Part shown: positions 62,450 through 64,000 of the stretch, one piece after another | How the letters are laid out: each line of letters opens with the position of its first letter | Position numbering within the stretch: the first letter of the stretch is position 1 | NCBI RefSeq assembly: GCF_963921235.1 | Contig: NC_086097.1 | Location: forward strand, 197,906,001-197,970,000 | Length of the DNA stretch: 64,000 nucleotides | Direction: 5' to 3' | DNA from: Mobula hypostoma | Lineage: Eukaryota | Made by a program: the position numbers and the translations under genes | Notes under the pieces: model-generated | What the model was told of the DNA's origin: nothing | The model's input: only the letters and a program-made list of their open reading frames with translations | The model's database searches: none

Positions 62450-64000
62450 GAAGGCCAATGTGCCAAAAGCTCTCTTTGTGACCCTATCTACTTGTGACAC
62501 CACTTTCATGGAATTATGAATCTGTATTCCCTGGTCCCTCTGTTCTGCTGCACGCCTCAGTGCCCTACAGCTCACTGTGGTCTTAGGCTGGTTTGTTGTC
62601 CTATAGTGTAACACCTCACAATTGTCTGCATTAAATTCCATATGCCATTTTCCAGCTGGTACAGATCCTGCTGCAAGCCATGATAGCATTCCTCACTGTC
62701 CACTACTTTCCCAATCTTCGTGCCATCAACAAAGTTGCTGATCCAGTTAAACATGTTATCATCCAGATGGAAAGCAACAATGGACCCAGCACCGATCCCT
62801 ATGGTACGCCATTTGTCACAGGCCTTCTTTCAGAGAGGAAACTATCTACCACCACTCTCTGGCTTCTCCCACAAAGCCAATATCTAATCCAATTTACTAC
62901 TTCTTCCCAAATGCCCAGTGACTGAACCTCCTTGGCCAACTTCCCATGTGGGACCTTACCAAAAGTCTTGCTAAAGTCCATGTAGACAACATTCACTTCC
63001 TTGCCCTCATCAAATTTTCTGGTACCTTCTTTGAAAAACTCTGTAAGATTGGTTAGACACAACCGAACATGCACAAAGCCATGTTGATTTTCCCTAATCA
63101 GGTTCTCCCTATCCAAATACTTATATATCCGGTCCCTTAGAATACCTTCCAAACCTTCCAATAACTTAATAACTACTGATGTCAGACACATTGGCATATA
63201 ATTTCACGGCTTATTTTTTGGCCATTTCTTAAACAACAGAACAACATTAGCTATCCTCCAATCCTCTGGCATCTCACCCCTTACTAATGATGTTTGAAGT
63301 ATTTCTTCTATGGCCTCTGCAATTGCTGAACTAACCTCACACAATGTCTGAGGGAACACCGTGGCAGGCCCTGGGGAATTATCCACCTAATTTATCTCAA
63401 GACAGCAAACACTGACTCCTCTGGAATCTGTGTATGGTCCTTGCCCCATCTTCTGCTTTGCTTCACTTCTATTAACTCTGTGTCAATCTCCGAAGTAAAT
63501 ACAGATTCAAAAATCCATTTAAGATTGCTCCTATCTCTGTTCAGCACTATGCACAGATGACCGCTCTGATCTGCAATCCTTTTTCTCTTAATATATCTGT
63601 ATAAACCCTTAGGGTTCTCCTTCACCTTGTTTGCTAGAACAACCTCATGTCTTCTTCTGGCCCTGCTGAATTCCTTCTTAAGTGTTCTCTTGCATTTCTT
63701 ATACTCAAGTACCTCATTTGTTCCTTACCTGCCTCTTCCTGATACGTAACTCCTTTTTCTTCTTAACCAGGGTCTCAAAATCTCTCAAAAACCAACATTT
63801 CCTAAACCTGTTATCCTTGTCTTTTATTCCAAAGGAACATATAAAGTACTCTCAGAATTTGACTTCTAAAGGCCTCCCATTTACCCTGAAAATAGCCTGT
63901 TCAAATCCACAGATCCTGATACCATCAAAATTGGACTTTCTCCAATTTAGAATCTCAACCAGATGACCAGACCTATCCTTCTCCATAATTATATTGAAAC

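Larger units (their letters stand above)
60797..64000 (-). mobile_element. CR1 LINE ORF2, decayed, running off the window end; split by Rex1 at 61381-62449
   Basis: EDWRIANVVLLFKK, NQHGFVHVRLCLTNL, YMDFSKTFGKVPH, LYKTLVRPNLEYC; atagagccatagaac tail. Confidence 0.9.

Noticed and set aside
45430..64000. KCNK9 or other neighbouring-gene exons
   Set aside because: No K2P channel motifs (such as TIGYG/TIGFG pore loops) or other host-like peptides in the ORF track; short exons could be missed

Overview
This is eukaryotic genomic DNA, most likely from a cartilaginous fish (shark or ray). That assignment is inferred from the repeat content (CR1, Rex1/Babar, Penelope and tRNA-SINEs) and is not proven. 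The only host gene I can support is the 3' end of TRAPPC9 (NIBP) on the + strand: the penultimate coding exon (10212-10435), a 19-kb last intron, and the terminal coding exon (29483-29662) with a TE-poor 3' UTR. Nearly all other ORFs in the track are fragments or antisense shadows of transposons, which fill most of the window and are heavily nested. These include many CR1 and Rex1/Babar LINEs, a second CR1/L2-group LINE family, tRNA-derived SINEs, Penelope-type terminal repeats, a Tigger-like TIR relic, two LTR-type insertions and a decayed Ty3/Gypsy element (39279-45425, - strand). I found no novel multi-gene system. The best leads are: (1) a 169-bp Penelope-derived insertion with a 16-bp target-site duplication (TSD) that carries a minimal type I hammerhead ribozyme motif, with decayed and fold-back relatives elsewhere in the window; (2) a Gypsy element with a PNMA-like Gag, a tRNA-Pro primer-binding site and an almost missing 3' LTR; (3) two SINE types that share a head but have different bodies and tails. 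Family names come from motif recall, not database searches. TE boundaries are approximate unless a TSD is quoted.
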